A stretch of DNA of 63,622 nucleotides from Octopus bimaculoides (lineage: Eukaryota): positions 51,118,855-51,182,476 of the forward strand of contig NC_068999.1 of NCBI RefSeq assembly GCF_001194135.2, given 5' to 3'. The position numbers and the translations under genes were made by a program. The notes under the pieces were generated by a model. That model had not been told where the DNA came from and did no database searches. It saw nothing but the letters and a program-made list of their open reading frames with translations. This document shows, one piece after another, positions 1 to 15,000 of the stretch (the first letter of the stretch is position 1; every line of letters begins with the position of its first letter).

Positions 1-36
<36 letters not shown>

Positions 37-903
37 CACACATATAAACACATATATGTATGCATGTATTAATATAAATAAGTAGCTATATATATACATA
101 CACACAAACACACAGACACACATATGCGTGTGTCTGTATGTATGTGTGTGCGCGCACGCACAAACACAAACACGCTTTGTTCCTATTAAACTAGCACCAT
201 TTTTCTCACAGAACATACTGTCGTAAAAAATTCCCCCAGAATCTTTGAACCCCACTCAAACGTCATCTCCCCCCCCCCTTATTTCCAGACGATATACATG
301 AGTTATATGTGCCACTACTTTAATTATTCGTCTATCGATTACAAAATGTACGGAATTGAATAATCTATATCTAGTTACTATTGAAACACTCCTTATTCTA
401 TCATGAATACTTACTTTTATCATCTTTAGAGCGTCCATCTATTTCTTTTTTAACTGTTTTTTGTGTATATTTAAAGATGAGATGCCATAACTTTAATTAC
501 ATACGTGTGGGTCTATGTATGTAAGTGTGTATGAATATATATGTGTTTATATGTGTATACATATATACGTATATACATATACTTATGCGTCTATGAATAT
601 GTATATATACATATGCATATAAGTATTTAGTCATATATATATATANNNNNNNNNNNNNNNNNNNNNNNNNNNNNNNNNNNNNNNNNNNNNNNNNNNNNNN
701 NNNNNNNNNNNNNNNNNNNNNNNNNNNNNNNNNNNNNNNNNNNNNNNNNNNNNNNNNNNNNNNNNNNNNNNNNNNNNNNNNNNNNNNNNNNNNNNNNNNN
801 NNNNNNNNNNATATATACATATAAGTATGTATTTATGTTTTTATATATATGGTTTTTATTCAGAAATATATATGTATATATACATATGCATATAAGTATT
901 TAG

Positions 904-945
<42 letters not shown>

Positions 946-2001
946 GCATTTATGCACATAAACATACAGTTCCATATACATGGATGTATACGCACTACGC
1001 GCGCTCACACACACGCACACAACAAATGCGCGCGTGCGTGTGTGTGTTAATGCGTGCGCAAACATTTATGAGGAAATGGTAAACAGTAACTTTTGATTTG
1101 AAGTTTTGGTTCATCGTATATTCGTCACTAAACTACCGTGGCTATAATAAAAAGATACCATTGCAGAAATATCGAATTCCATAATCTTTTTAAAAATGAC
1201 TAAATGTCTGACAAATGTAATCTTGTATATGTGGGAAAGAGAACCATTTTTGAGCTCTACTTTACTTCACTTCACATTAAATCTTACAACTTTAATTGTC
1301 GTAAAATCAGCCTTTCTAATGCCATTAATTATTCGATACTTCGACACAAATCTACGTTTTCTCCTTGATTTCTTTCATTTTTAATTTAATTTTCTTATTC
1401 ATAGCAATCTATTATCGAATGCATTTGGGATCTGTAAATTTGATCAACGTCAGGTCGTATATGTTATTGCATAGACCTAGCACGTCATTGGTGACAAATT
1501 TTTGTCATGGGAATTTTGAATCTGACTCATGAAGTGGGTCCTTGATTAACGTCTGTCAAGATTATATATTCTGGAAATACGAGGGATATACGGGTGCTGC
1601 GCATGTTGGCCACAAATACTACTTAAGACTCTATACTGCCATATTTGTCCAGCTTGAATCATATACGCGGGGCCCTTTGCCTATACATCCTGCATAAATC
1701 AAAATTGAGTGTCACCAAAGGCAGGTTATGGTCACTTAAATACGTGAGTTGTATGTATGTATTATTAATCATTGAGTGATCGCGTACATTGTGTTCTTCC
1801 CTGTAAGCCAATTAAGCTATTTAGGAAGCGTATTTTGGGTAATGCACGTCTAGCTGGTGGTAAGCCTTAGACGAAATACTATACAGAGAAATTTGAGATC
1901 TGGAACTATTTAGGAAATCATGGAATGAAATTGAAACTCCAGTGTTTTAGATTTCATATGTCTAAAATTATATATATATATAAAATTTGTCCGCAGACTC
2001 C

Positions 2002-2201
2002 ATGATTAATCGCTGACCAAACACCATTCAATTTTTTTTCTCCGTGTTTTTCTCCTTGTTTTCTTCGTATTCTTTCTGTTGAAGAGCGTAGCTCGAAACG
2101 TTGAAGACTTTCTGTATTCCCGAGCGTCAAACTAATACATCCTTTTGTTGTTTACACCACCTGTCTTCGTCTGTTGTTGTTTTTTTTTTCGACATTCTCC
2201 C
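2002..2201 (+). mobile_element. ~200-bp TA-embedded non-autonomous element carrying a hammerhead-like motif (HH family, copy 1, most complete)
   Basis: Starts ATGATTAATCGCTGACCAAACACCATTCAA and ends ATTCTCC before (TA)n. The 5' part matches 53739-53810(-). The 3' part matches 30085-30135 and 30322-30481. Confidence 0.75.
2071..2107 (+). ncRNA. Minimal type-I hammerhead ribozyme-like motif (core variant A6U)
   Basis: UCUUU-CUGUUGA-A-GAGC(gua)GCUC-GAAA-C-GUU-GAAGA. Stem I is UCUUU/GAAGA, stem II a perfect 4 bp, and the palindromic ACGU stem III is typical of Penelope-type minimal HHRs. The core differs from CUGANGA at position 6. Confidence 0.65.
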
Positions 2202-2269
2202 ATATATANNNNNNNNNNNNNNNNNNNNNNNNNNNNNNNNNNNNNNNNNNNNNNNNNNNNNNNNNNNNN

Positions 2270-2323
<54 letters not shown>

Positions 2324-3422
2324 CATATATATATATGCATATATATAGTCATAGCTAGCTAGCTAGATAGAGAGATACATACATACATAGATCATATATA
2401 TATGTATACATATATGTGTTTGTGTGTGTGTGTATGTGTGACCGTGCGTTTGTGTATGAAGTGGGGTGAGTATAAAGGAAGCAAGTATGTACGCACAAAA
2501 TAGATATGAAAATGGACAGTTACAAGAATCTAATTTACATAAATGGATAGATACAAGATGCAAAGATAGATAGGAAGAATATACGGATGTATGGGTTGAT
2601 AGATAAATAGGATTTACATGAATATAAATGCAAAACATTAAACTGTACTTAAAAATGAAAGGAAAAAAAGTTAACATTTATAAATTTGCTTAATGCAACA
2701 TTAGATTGAAATCGATGACATGAATAAGAAAATTAATCATATGACATGTAGAAAAATCTATTGTTAAACAGTGTAAGAAAATGCAGTGAAATATTATTTC
2801 ATTTTTGTTTGTTCCTGCATTTGAAAAGTGATGCAAAAAAATATATGTTCACTGAAGTCCAAAATATTCTATGAAATACTTGTGTTTGTATATTTGTGTA
2901 GAAATCTATCCGTTGAATTCATTTACGGTGGTAACGTAAACAAGCAGATTTAATAGGCAATAAATTCAACCGAAATATTTCTTCAAATGATATTTTCACA
3001 AAAAAAAATAACTTTCGCTGTAGAATGTATGGTACGTTACAAATGAAAAATATACAGAAAGTCCATCCTCTCTTGGATAACTTTTTTTGTTTTTATAGTT
3101 ATATTTATAAAAGCAAAAAACATTTTAAAAAAATTATTCTATTGAAAATAAGAAGCGTCCTCGTTTTATGAATCTACCATTGCACTATTTCCCCTTCTTT
3201 CTACAGATTCCTGCATATGTATGTGTATATTTATATGTATAGATACACACACACATAAATATGCATATATATATGCACATATTTGCATGTATGTTTCTGT
3301 GTGTTTGTATGTAGGTGTATGTGTATGCACAATTCCAGCATGTAGTTATCTTTACGAAATACAACGATGAAATTAAACGTGTAAAACATCTATTTGTATA
3401 TATGCATATATATGTCTAATTT

Positions 3423-3486
<64 letters not shown>

Positions 3487-5107
3487 TAGATAGATAGATA
3501 GATTTATGCATATACATACAATATATATGTGTGTGTGCACGCATGCATGTATGTATGCATGTATGTATGCATGTATGTATATATGTATATATCCAAATGG
3601 TTACCCTGTAATCTTCAATGTATTTTCAAAAGGATTAATCTAGAATTTAACCTACTCGTATTTCAATAGAAACCAAGCTAACAAATCTCTTCACTATCAT
3701 TAAATATATAATTTCATGCTTAGACTGACGCCATCCTGTCTTCCTCTAAAACGATTGGTTTCTATATTCTATATCCATATCAAAAATAGCATTAAGTTTT
3801 CCATATTCGTGTAGCGCACCATTAAATTAACTTCATATAGAATATGAAATCGAAATCTGTTCCAGTGATGTGCTACTTGTCACTTCTATATAACAAGTTA
3901 CAAAATGATATTTCATCCTGTCACAAATGGTTTTACGTTGTTGTTGAAAAAAACTCTTATTTTGCTCAAGTAAAACAAATTTGATTATATCGCAAAATTT
4001 TTGATGAATCGACAAATTTGCATTTGATAAATTTACAAATATGACAACACAAAATAGACAGAGCTTAATATCAGATAGACTTTCTTCCAGGAGTTATAAG
4101 CTTTACTTTCGAAAGTAATTTTTTTTAAATTCTCTCAATCGGAGTCACTGTAAATATTAAGTGTTCTACGCATAATTTGTTAAATGCCTGACAAAATTCA
4201 TAGGGCGTATTATAAAATTACTGTTTGGTTTAATTTTACTAAATAAAAATATTCAGCTGTATGTGTGTACTACGTATTATTTAAACTAAACAAGAAACGA
4301 AATTACATTTTTTCCTGACACAAAGAGCTACATGTTCTTGTTTAAATACCCGTTTTGTGCGTGTGAAGAAAACCTGTTTTTTTTTTCAAAATTTGTAATC
4401 TAATCTAAAGATATAGGTTTCCGCCGCTGTCCGGAAAGGATCGATGGACCACGCCTTCGCGGTCCGTATTCGTACTGAAAATCGAGATCGAATATTACTC
4501 CATAATATAGAAAGAGCCTAACGTCGCATTTGTTTCCTTCTAAGATTTATCTATTGCATATAAAGATAAAATCGTTTCAGTTTGACCCAATAAAAGTCAC
4601 ATTTCACAACTTATATGTGAATTACCAGATAGGGTTCATAAGGTGGAATATGAAACTACAGTGTTGTTAAATTTCACCGGATCAAAGAACTCAATTCAAA
4701 TTAGAGTTTATAGGATATTGTAATTACAATAAGACAATGGTATTACTGATGCAACTCAAGTCTTACTTTCTTAGCTAGGGAATTCGTACATCGTTTTGAC
4801 TCAACGAAGCATATCTTCATCGGCAGCATTTGTCAGGCAAGTTACGAGAAGTAAGAAATGCGCGTTATTTATCAGGATAATGTAAGAAATGCTTGCTGAA
4901 ATCTCTTGGAATGTGAAGTGTGTTGTTGCAGCTAGGTTACCTGTAAGCTCTTTATCTTTATACGAAAGTATATAATTTTCTTGGAAGATAGTCTATACAT
5001 TTTTTGGTGGGTACGTATATTCATAAACATATATGTGTTGATATTCGTACGTACGTAACTTCACTATCAGACACATTTTCCACGTGAACATAAAAATGCT
5101 CTACATA

Positions 5108-5340
5108 TTTATTTCTTTATTGGCCACAGGGTGCTAAACATAGAGAGAACAAACAAGGACAGACAAAGCGATTAAGTCGATTTCATCGACCTCAGTGCAT
5201 GACTGGTACTTATTTAATCGACCCCGAAAGGATGAAAAGCAAAGTCGACTTCGACGGAATTTGAACTCAGAACGTAACGGCAGACGTAATACCGCTAAGG
5301 ATTTCGCTCGGCGTGCTAACGATTCTGCCAGCTCGCCGCC
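5108..5340 (-). mobile_element. tRNA-derived SINE, family A (near full length)
   Basis: Reverse complement begins GGCGGCGAGCTGGCAGAATCGTTAGCACG and contains box-B-like GAGTTCAAATTCC. Aligns along its length with 51804-52036. Confidence 0.9.
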
Positions 5341-5602
5341 CTAAAAACGCTCTACATATGCGATACCTCACAGTCACTCCACTATTTCGAACACTCATAA
5401 CATCGGGAGCGTAGAGTCATACTCAGTTTGGTGCTCACAACATAGTATATAATCTCAGAGAAACTGGTCAGTGTAGATCTGGAGTGTTGTATCTGGTTGT
5501 AGGTAGGTATAGTCAATTATCTGGTTAAATGTGTAAGGATAGAGACAACTAAACGATATGAATGATAGAAGTGCTGGTGACGTAGCTATATTTGAATGTG
5601 AT

Positions 5603-5776
5603 GACCGACCAAGGCCTTGTGAGTGGGCTTGGTAGACGGAAACTGACAGAAGCCCGTCGTATGTGTGCTAAGAGAATAAGTCCTTGGATCGATTTCTTCG
5701 ACTAAAACCCCATTAAGTCCGTGCTCCAGAATGGTCGCAGCCAAATGACTGAAACAAGTAAAAGAATAAAAGAATA
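5603..5776 (+). mobile_element. Composite SINE remnant: family C 3' end joined to family B 3' end
   Basis: GACCAAGGCCTTGTGAGTGG...GGAAACTGACAGAAGCCCGTCGTA (C end), then a short TG linker, then AGAATAAGTCC...GACTGAAACAAGTAAAAGAATAAAAGAATA (B end with AAAAGAAT tail). Confidence 0.8.
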
Positions 5777-6558
5777 CAATCATATAAATGCATGTATCGA
5801 TAGAAAGAGTGAAAGAGAAGGAGAAAGTAAAAGTGTCAGAAAAAGAAGAGAGAGAGAGAGAGAGAGAGAAAGGAAGTGAGAAAGGAAGAGAGGAAGAAGT
5901 TTAACGTAGGTGAGGGATTAGTAGGGAGAGAAATATTCAGTGTAATTCAATTGAACAGAGTCAGTCGTATTATCGTGACAGACATTTCCCCCCTTGATGT
6001 GAGTGTATCGAACTTTTGAAAGTTTAACTCACCAGACGATAGATAACTCGACATAGCAAAAACAGTTCAATAATGTATTTAGAAATCGGGTAATATTTCG
6101 ACCAAACGTTATATAATAATAACCAAATGATTCAATTAGTCTTCTTCAGAGCATTGATCAGCTACGGTGCTGGTAGACTGCTGGTAGCTCTTCAAGCTAT
6201 TTAAACTAATTACTAAAACTTCAACTGTGCAACCCATCATGTAAAATTTATTCGTTTGCCTTCTGAAAACAAACACAATTTGTCCAGTTTGCCGGTTTTT
6301 CTCTTAAATATCTTTATTAATATAAATGGTTTGATATATTTGAAGTATGCCACTGTTAGTGTCCTTGACTAGCGGAAAGTAAGTTGATGTGATGTACGAA
6401 GAGATATTGGCTTTGTGGTTGGAGTATATCAGACGTTAGTCGCTCGAAGATGCCAGTTTATATACCGCTTAACGTACATCTCTGTCTATATGAACGTATA
6501 CAGACATTCACACACACAAATATATACATACATACACATACTTGTATAAACATGTGTG

Positions 6559-6774
<216 letters not shown>

Positions 6775-7287
6775 AGACGTAAGCAGACCTCATATTTTTC
6801 TACTTGTTGCAACATCCTGTACACTTGAACAGAACTCATTTCTCACACTCATCCCTCTGCACTGGTCATTTTCTTTAACTAGCTCATTATACAACGCACT
6901 TACAAAACAACGTTTCTTGAGGTTAGCCAGCGTTGGCGAAAAGTCATCGCTGAATCAAGGATTCCTTTTCAGAACAAAACAATTATTTGCTAGTACCCAA
7001 TCGCTGATGTATGCAATTTTAAATAAACCAACACGGAGCTCTTTCCCAAGTAATTGAAACAAATGACACACACGTGCTACATACATCCAGGTGAACACTC
7101 TTTACTCATTTGCAAACATTTCACCACAGTCACATTCCAGACCAAAAGGGAGGTTCTCCTAGGCTTGATCTACTAACAATAGCAGATTATCATTTTAATC
7201 ACAACTTGGTATATAAAATATATACACTAAACGTTGTACATAAACACTCATGATAACCCAATAATTTCAGTCATTAGCAGTGCAATT

Positions 7288-7330
<43 letters not shown>

Positions 7331-9979
7331 TATGGGAGGGAGAGAGTGTGTGTATGTGTGTGTGTGTTTGCGTGTGTGTAGAATTATTAACGTTTTATAG
7401 TATGAAAAGTAAATGTAGATATGTGTGTATGTGTGTATGTGTACATATGCATTCATATCTACAAATGCATTTCATCATGTATACATATATAAATGTGCAT
7501 GCGTATGCGTTGTTGCGCGCATTTTATGTGTTACAGACAGATAAAAGAAATAGATATATTAATGTGTAGATGCAAGGTGAAATTGTATCTAGTTGTAAAA
7601 CGGTGGATACGTAGATAGATGAATAGGACCTACAAGAAAATAAATGAGAAATGTTAAGCTGCACTGTATGAAGAAAGAATATTAATTCCCTTTTATACGA
7701 TAGTTAATGTAATATTACATTTAAACAGATTATATAAAAAAAATTAACTACATAACACATAGAACATCCATTATCCGTTATTAAATACTGTAAGAATATG
7801 GAAGAGATAAAGATTTTATCTATCTTCGTTTCGTCTTTCATCTCTACAGTAAAAAAAATATACATGGTCACTGAATTCAAAAACATTCAATGAGAAATTA
7901 TAAATCTATGAGATTTTCAGTTGAATACATTTTAGAATAACGTATCGAAACAATGTAGCAATGATGGGCAATAATATAAACCGATGATTTCTGCAAATGG
8001 TATGCTTCATAAAAAAGGAACTTTCCACATACAATATAACATTAAATAATTGAATAATATCAAGTAATGTATCCTTTTTACAATTGTCGGATAGCTTTCT
8101 ATAATATTTATACATACGTAGATACGTATATACATATATGCATATATACATATATGTCTGTGTGTGTGTATGTGTGTATGTGAGTGTGTATGTGTTCAGT
8201 GAATAAACTGGAAAGCGACTTTGCTTTGTTATGACAATGGTAGACGTTGACTATAGTAGCTCTTACGCAATATGATGCCCGACATGAAGAAAATATACGA
8301 GCTTTTACGAGTTTTAAAAGACTAATTAAAAGATTATATATAAATAAGTGTGTGTGTGTGTGCGTGTACACATATGCATGTGTATGTATGGGTGTGTAGT
8401 CGTCTAAGAAACCGTAAGTTATAAAATATATGCATGAGCATATTTTTCATGGAGTGGGTACATGAACCAAAGTATACGGTATTATAGATGCGCACTGGTA
8501 TTATAAAATGATGTTAAATAATGGTTGTTAAGTAATGCCGCACACTTTTAAACGTAACAGAGGGAATAAATATGGCGACTGCTCTCCGGTATTGAAGGTT
8601 TCAGAAAAATGTTATATCCGGTTTCTGAGACCTGTAAAATTAAATAAAACCACGAAACCAAGCTGTGGGTAGCGAACAAAGTGTAGCGTTTCGTGGCCAG
8701 AAAATATCCGAGAAGTTGGATCACATCTAGTTTCCCATTGTTTTATTGTCATAAAATAATACCAAATAAACTAAAGGAAATAAATACTGAGGATACAACC
8801 ACATTTCACAAAAGTGAGGCCTTCTGCTCACATCTAGCTGAGACTATTTCTCATCTTTATATCAATATAAATCGATATAGTGTCACACACACACACGTGT
8901 GTGCGTGTCTGTGTCTGTGTATGTGTGTGGGAACGGGTATGAGAACCTGTGTGTATGTGTAACGTGTTTTGCAGACGCTCCGTCACATTCGGCACACAAA
9001 TACAGTTTTACCCGATTTTACGACGGAAAAATTGTTATTGGAAGTTACCTCACGCTCGTTGTTATTCATTCCTGGAATAAGAAGATGGGAAACGAACTCA
9101 TGAAATACACATCCATTCTTTCAAGCTGACTCTCTAGATCTGCCACTTTTAGAATGCTATCATGCTTAGTATTCATACCCTTAATTGTCTTTTGGAATGA
9201 CAGTAAATACAAGACACATCGCAGCGTATTGTCTCAGTTAAGTGTTACCTGAGATAGTTTCAGTGTTTTAGCAATCAGTAGTATACGATGAGGTGTTACA
9301 GATCCATATATACAAAACTTACCTTCTCAGTATTCATAGTTCCCACTAGACTTCGTATTATATATCGTTTTAACGATGTTTCCAAATTATATCTCGTTTT
9401 AACGATATTCCTAAGTACATGTACGATCCCATTAATGGTCAATAAATAGTTTATTACAGTTCATTACACATTTTATGTTGCAGATCCGATACATTTGAAA
9501 ATGTAATAGCACACTTCTTAGTAAAGTTTCAAACCATACATTGTCTAAATAATTTTAATAAACCTCTCGAGGTAGCAGATTATAAGTTTTTTCATCAGAA
9601 TTTAATTTGCATTCACTTAACAAGAAATATCTTCAAACGAAACATACGATTTGATATTAAATTTTGTAGTACTTCCAATGTTTATCTGTAAAACTAGAAA
9701 AAAATCCATTCAAGAAATGAAGGTATCTATTGAAAATATTGACTTATACTGCATGCAGATAAGGAAAGTTCTTCTAAATGAATATAATTTAGAATCTCTC
9801 TAAATATTTGTCTCTAGAATTAAACGACAGATATCTAAAAAGAGGTAATGAAGAGTCAGCCAGCTTTAGCATTGATTATAAAGGCACTATATAAAGTGAT
9901 ATAAAACAGCGAGAGGAAGTCCTGTATTATCTCGAAAATATGTATGCATATATCTGTATGTATGTAACAACAAGCATAT

Positions 9980-10033
<54 letters not shown>

Positions 10034-11944
10034 AATATCTGACAGATGAAACTAAGGAAAGAGAAAAGGAGCCATAAATAAATTTATACACACGCACATA
10101 GATTCACCACCAACGACACACACACAAACATACACACAAACACACACACATACACACGCATAAGCACACCGAATCATAAAGACCCAGCCTCATGTATCTG
10201 CTAATACAGACATATACAAAAATATATCTGTGCAAATATGAAGGGAAAACTATCTCGTTTTACATAATGCTAAACGTTGTCACCATACCAACGTAATAAT
10301 CTTATACAAGTATTCTTCCAAATCTCCTTGGTAGGACAATTAACACGAAGTCCATTTTAGCAATTAAATTTGATACTCAATCAAGTCGTTTCCTGGTTTG
10401 TCCAGGCATATTTCAAATCGTGAAACCCACACTCTCACTATGTACACACCAATATTGAAAGCGTTAAGCATATGAACTATAATCACGTGCTATTTCATTG
10501 ACTCACATTAACACATTCAATTAATACTTCCACTCTCCCTTTACCGCCTCACACTTTCTCTCTCTCTATATGTATATATATATGTATATGTGAATATATA
10601 TATATATATATANNNNNNNNNNNNNNNNNNNNNNNNNNNNNNNNNNNNNNNNNNNNNNNNNNNNNNNNNNNNNNNNNNNNNNNNNNNNNNNNNNNNNNNN
10701 NNNNNNNNNNNNNNNNNNNNNNNNNNNNNNNNNNNNNNNNNNNNNNNNNNNNNNNNNNNNNNNNNNNNNNNNNNNNNNNNNNNNNNNNNNNNNNNNNNNN
10801 NNNNNNNNNNNNNNNNNNNNNNNNNNNNNNNNNNNNNNNNNNNNNNNNNNNNNNNNNNNNNNNNNNNNNNNNNNNNNNNNNNNNNNNNNNNNNNNNNNNN
10901 NNNNNNNNNNNNNNNNNNNNNNNNNNNNNNNNNNNNNNNNNNNNNNNNNNNNNNNNNNNNNNNNNNNNNNNNNNNNNNNNNNNNNNNNNNNNNNNNNNNN
11001 NNNNNNNNNNNNNNNNNNNNNNNNNNNNNNNNNNNNNNNNNNNNNNNNNNNNNNNNNNNNNNNNNNNNNNNNNNNNNNNNNNNNNNNNNNNNNNNNNNNN
11101 NNNNNNNNNNNNNNNNNNNNNNNNNNNNNNNNNATATATATATATATATATATACATAATATGCTTGCTGGTACATACGTACAGATATATGCATACATAT
11201 GTGTCTGTGTTTCTATGTGTATTTAGCGAACTATGTGTGCGTATGTTTATATCTATTCACACATTAACAGACTAATACATAAGGTACATAATCATATATA
11301 TACTTTTTCATTTCATTATTACTACAAATAGAGATTGAATGAATCATAGTTTTGTAATACTTCATGTCTGTTCGGAATAATGCAGCAAAAACACCAACAA
11401 ACAAAAATAACAGCAGCAGAACCAGTAGCAACAAGAACAATATCTAATACAATAATTCTATTTGTAAGCAATAAATGACAATAAAAAAGACGAATGTACA
11501 AACAGAAATTATTGATCTCGAAAACAATCACAGGAATACAAACAAATAATAAAGAAATATATAAAATTCATTGTCTGGCTAAATATGGAATGCTTTGATT
11601 CCACAGTCCTTTCTATGAAATATCTAAGATTTTTTTTTTAATATCATTAGGGCAGAGTAATCCAATCTAAATACCAAAGGATCAGGAAAGTGAGGTCATT
11701 GTAATAGGTCAACGCTGGATCCTCATTCTTTTGAAAAACAAAGAAAGATGGGAATTGAGTGCGAAATAAAAGCAATTTCTATTATTATTGGTTTTATTCG
11801 CACACACACATGCATATATACATGCAGATACACAAACACACATATAAGGCTAAATGTATATATGTATGTCTGTGTGATTGAGTGTATGTCTATTTGCATC
11901 TCTGAGTTTGTGTCTGTGCATACATATTTGCATACATATTTACA

Positions 11945-12006
<62 letters not shown>

Positions 12007-15000
12007 GATATACATGCGTGAGTATTTGTGTGTGTGTGTGTGTTTGCGTGTATGTATGTATGTATGTATTGTATGTATGTAATGTACGTATGTAAATCGA
12101 GTCAAATGTAAGATTTATTCATATTAACAATGTATATTATGCCAACAAATAGATGGATAACAAAAATATTTTGACATATATCTGTGCTTATGTTTGTTTA
12201 TGTGTATGTGTATATATGTATGCGTGTTTGTGGCTTGTGTGTTCCTATTTAGATATGCCAGCATGTATGTATATGAGTCAAGAGAAAGATGAATAACAAT
12301 GACTATACAAAACTGAATGTGTTGAGTAATCCCCTGTTTGTTATGGACTTTCTCTCATTTATGCATACTTGTAGATATACAACGCTGTAGATACGCACAT
12401 ATGTGTCTGTATACATATACTTATATGCATGTTCGTATATGTATGTATGTATATTCAGACGGAAATGTTGATGTTAACCAAAAACGCAGATATATACGAA
12501 CAACTATGAACGTAAACCTAATTCATGGTACATTGATTTTATTCAATTTTCTACCCTCTTTCATTTTTTGCGAAAAAAATAGTGCAAAAGACCCGCCACG
12601 TTTATTATTTATATGTTTTTTTTTTCTCCAGCGAGTGATGAACGCATTTGTCTTCACCCCCAACCAATCTCAGCATGGTAACGTTCATTGGCGAGATCCT
12701 ATACAATTAACTGGGGGTCGGACGGGTTAGCGTACAATCAATAAACAGTCGCTTTCGTTAGCAACTCTTAGCTTAGACAATTTAATTACGTCTGAAATAT
12801 TCCACACAAATACACGCACCATCCTACATCTCATCCAATACAACCCCTAACCGAGGAAACAATGGAAAAAACCCAACACGCACGATTCATAGATCTGATC
12901 CGGATGATCCAAATTGGGTTTCGCCTTTTAACGTAATTGTGATAATGATTGCGTAAAAAAAAAGGAAAAATATTGATTGGATAAATAGAACCGCTAAATG
13001 TCATTGTGACGTTCGGTCAGACTAGGAGCCAATCTTCATTAAAGATAGTAAATAATAATGATTTTGATTTCATAGTTTGTTGCATTGGCCTTTTATTATG
13101 TCTGTATGCCTGGAGATACGGCGTCTTCCACGCATTTTTAGACTATATAACGCACATAGAGACACAGACACACACACGCTCACGCAAACACATATTTATA
13201 TGTATAATGGATAAATGAGATGTGGGATTAGATATGATTTAATTCTGGACGAGATACGTCGCACTAGTTGAGTTCGTGTCAGCAAGTTCGAGTTTCAAAT
13301 TCCACCACGAGGATTTTGCTTTCCTTCTTTCCATCATCTATTATACAAGTCTAAACCTTGGATTAATTCAATGGAATATACATCATTTTGAATATCTCTA
13401 GTCTTCCGTCAATTCACCAACTTGTGGATGACGTTCTAGAAGTGAGTCACTGCACAGATAGTCTTGTCGTCGTATAACGTATGGAAATCTAATAGGTGCC
13501 CTGCAGATTTCATGACACCTGATGACATACGCCTGGACAGATTTCAACAGAAATAAGTGTCGCCGTTTAAAAACAGTCTAAATTGCATCACGTCACATTA
13601 ATTAACTGATGATGGCTCATGCCTATGTTGTCACTGGCTATAGTTATTACTACATATATATGCACTACAGCGTGCGCGGTTCGTGTCATTAACCCCGTGA
13701 CTTTAAAAAAAAAAAACAATATTCGCTACATTAACCGTGCTTCTTTTGTTTATAGTGAGAAATATGTGGCTTTGGAGAGTTGATTTTTCTTTCTAGCATA
13801 GCTGGTATATATTTTTTATATCCTAAATTTCATGTATATTTACTTATATTGATTAAGATTGCAGGCCAGTTAGTTGTGATTATTTTCGATAATAATATCT
13901 TATTTTCTGAATTTTACTTACTCACTATTGTTCGTTTTTGAATGTCGTTGGGGCATTTAAACAAACAAACACGCATGATGTAGTGTATATATATTTTGAA
14001 AATATTTATATGCTGAAGACTCAGCTGATGATCCTAAGTGTTTGTAAGGCTTTCACGTGATAAGTTGAAATGAAAAAGAAGAGAGTGGTGGAGTTTTTTG
14101 GCGCTGTAGGCGGCGGTGGTGATTGGATAGTGAAACGTGTATTTTTTTTACTTAACTATTTTTTTTATATCACCTATTACGGAACGCATGCGCATAAGTG
14201 CAATTCCGTGAAATATTCACACTTAATTACGTGGCAGATACATGCAATTTAAGTAAAGGCTGTATCAGATGTACTTTATATTTTTTTGTTTATGAGGAAA
14301 ATGGAAAAATAAGAATGAATATTTATTTTATGAGTGCCGTGTTTTAAGTCTATAAAATTGTACATAAAGTATATTAAGTGTATATACAAAGTGCATTAAC
14401 TAATCATCGTATTCCAATGTCTTTCATTTTTTAATGAGTAGAAGATGAGCAACTATGTTTCTATACAGATCCAACACATGGTACCCTTTCAGGTTTTTTT
14501 GGATAAAGCTTTGAGAAATAATCCAATAGGTTTAGTATTAATTCCATGAAATATTCACGGCTCCCGATAGTCATTAACAACATAGTAGAGCACAATGTAT
14601 ATAGCTACCTTCAGGAAGAAGCCAGCTGAAATGCTGTTGAATCCCAAATACGAATATAGTGGGAAGGATGCAAAAATCCAAGACTTTTGAAGGTTCTCAT
14701 TTCGAAATTCCATCTAGTGTTTACCTCGACTGAGAATTGAAAATTTTAATCAATATATGCATTTTATAAGTAATATTGTGTATTAATAACCAATAATTTC
14801 AATATTAATGAAGATATTACTAATTCATTTTAACTGTTTTATATAGGCTTCTCGCTACATTCATTCAATCTCGGCTAATTCTTCACTATGAGGCGTGTCT
14901 GAGACGCCCTTTACTATTTCGAATCAATGGAAAAACTTTATATTTTTAGAATTCATTTTCTGCTTTTACGTGAGTTCATAAAAACAGGTTATATAAAAAC

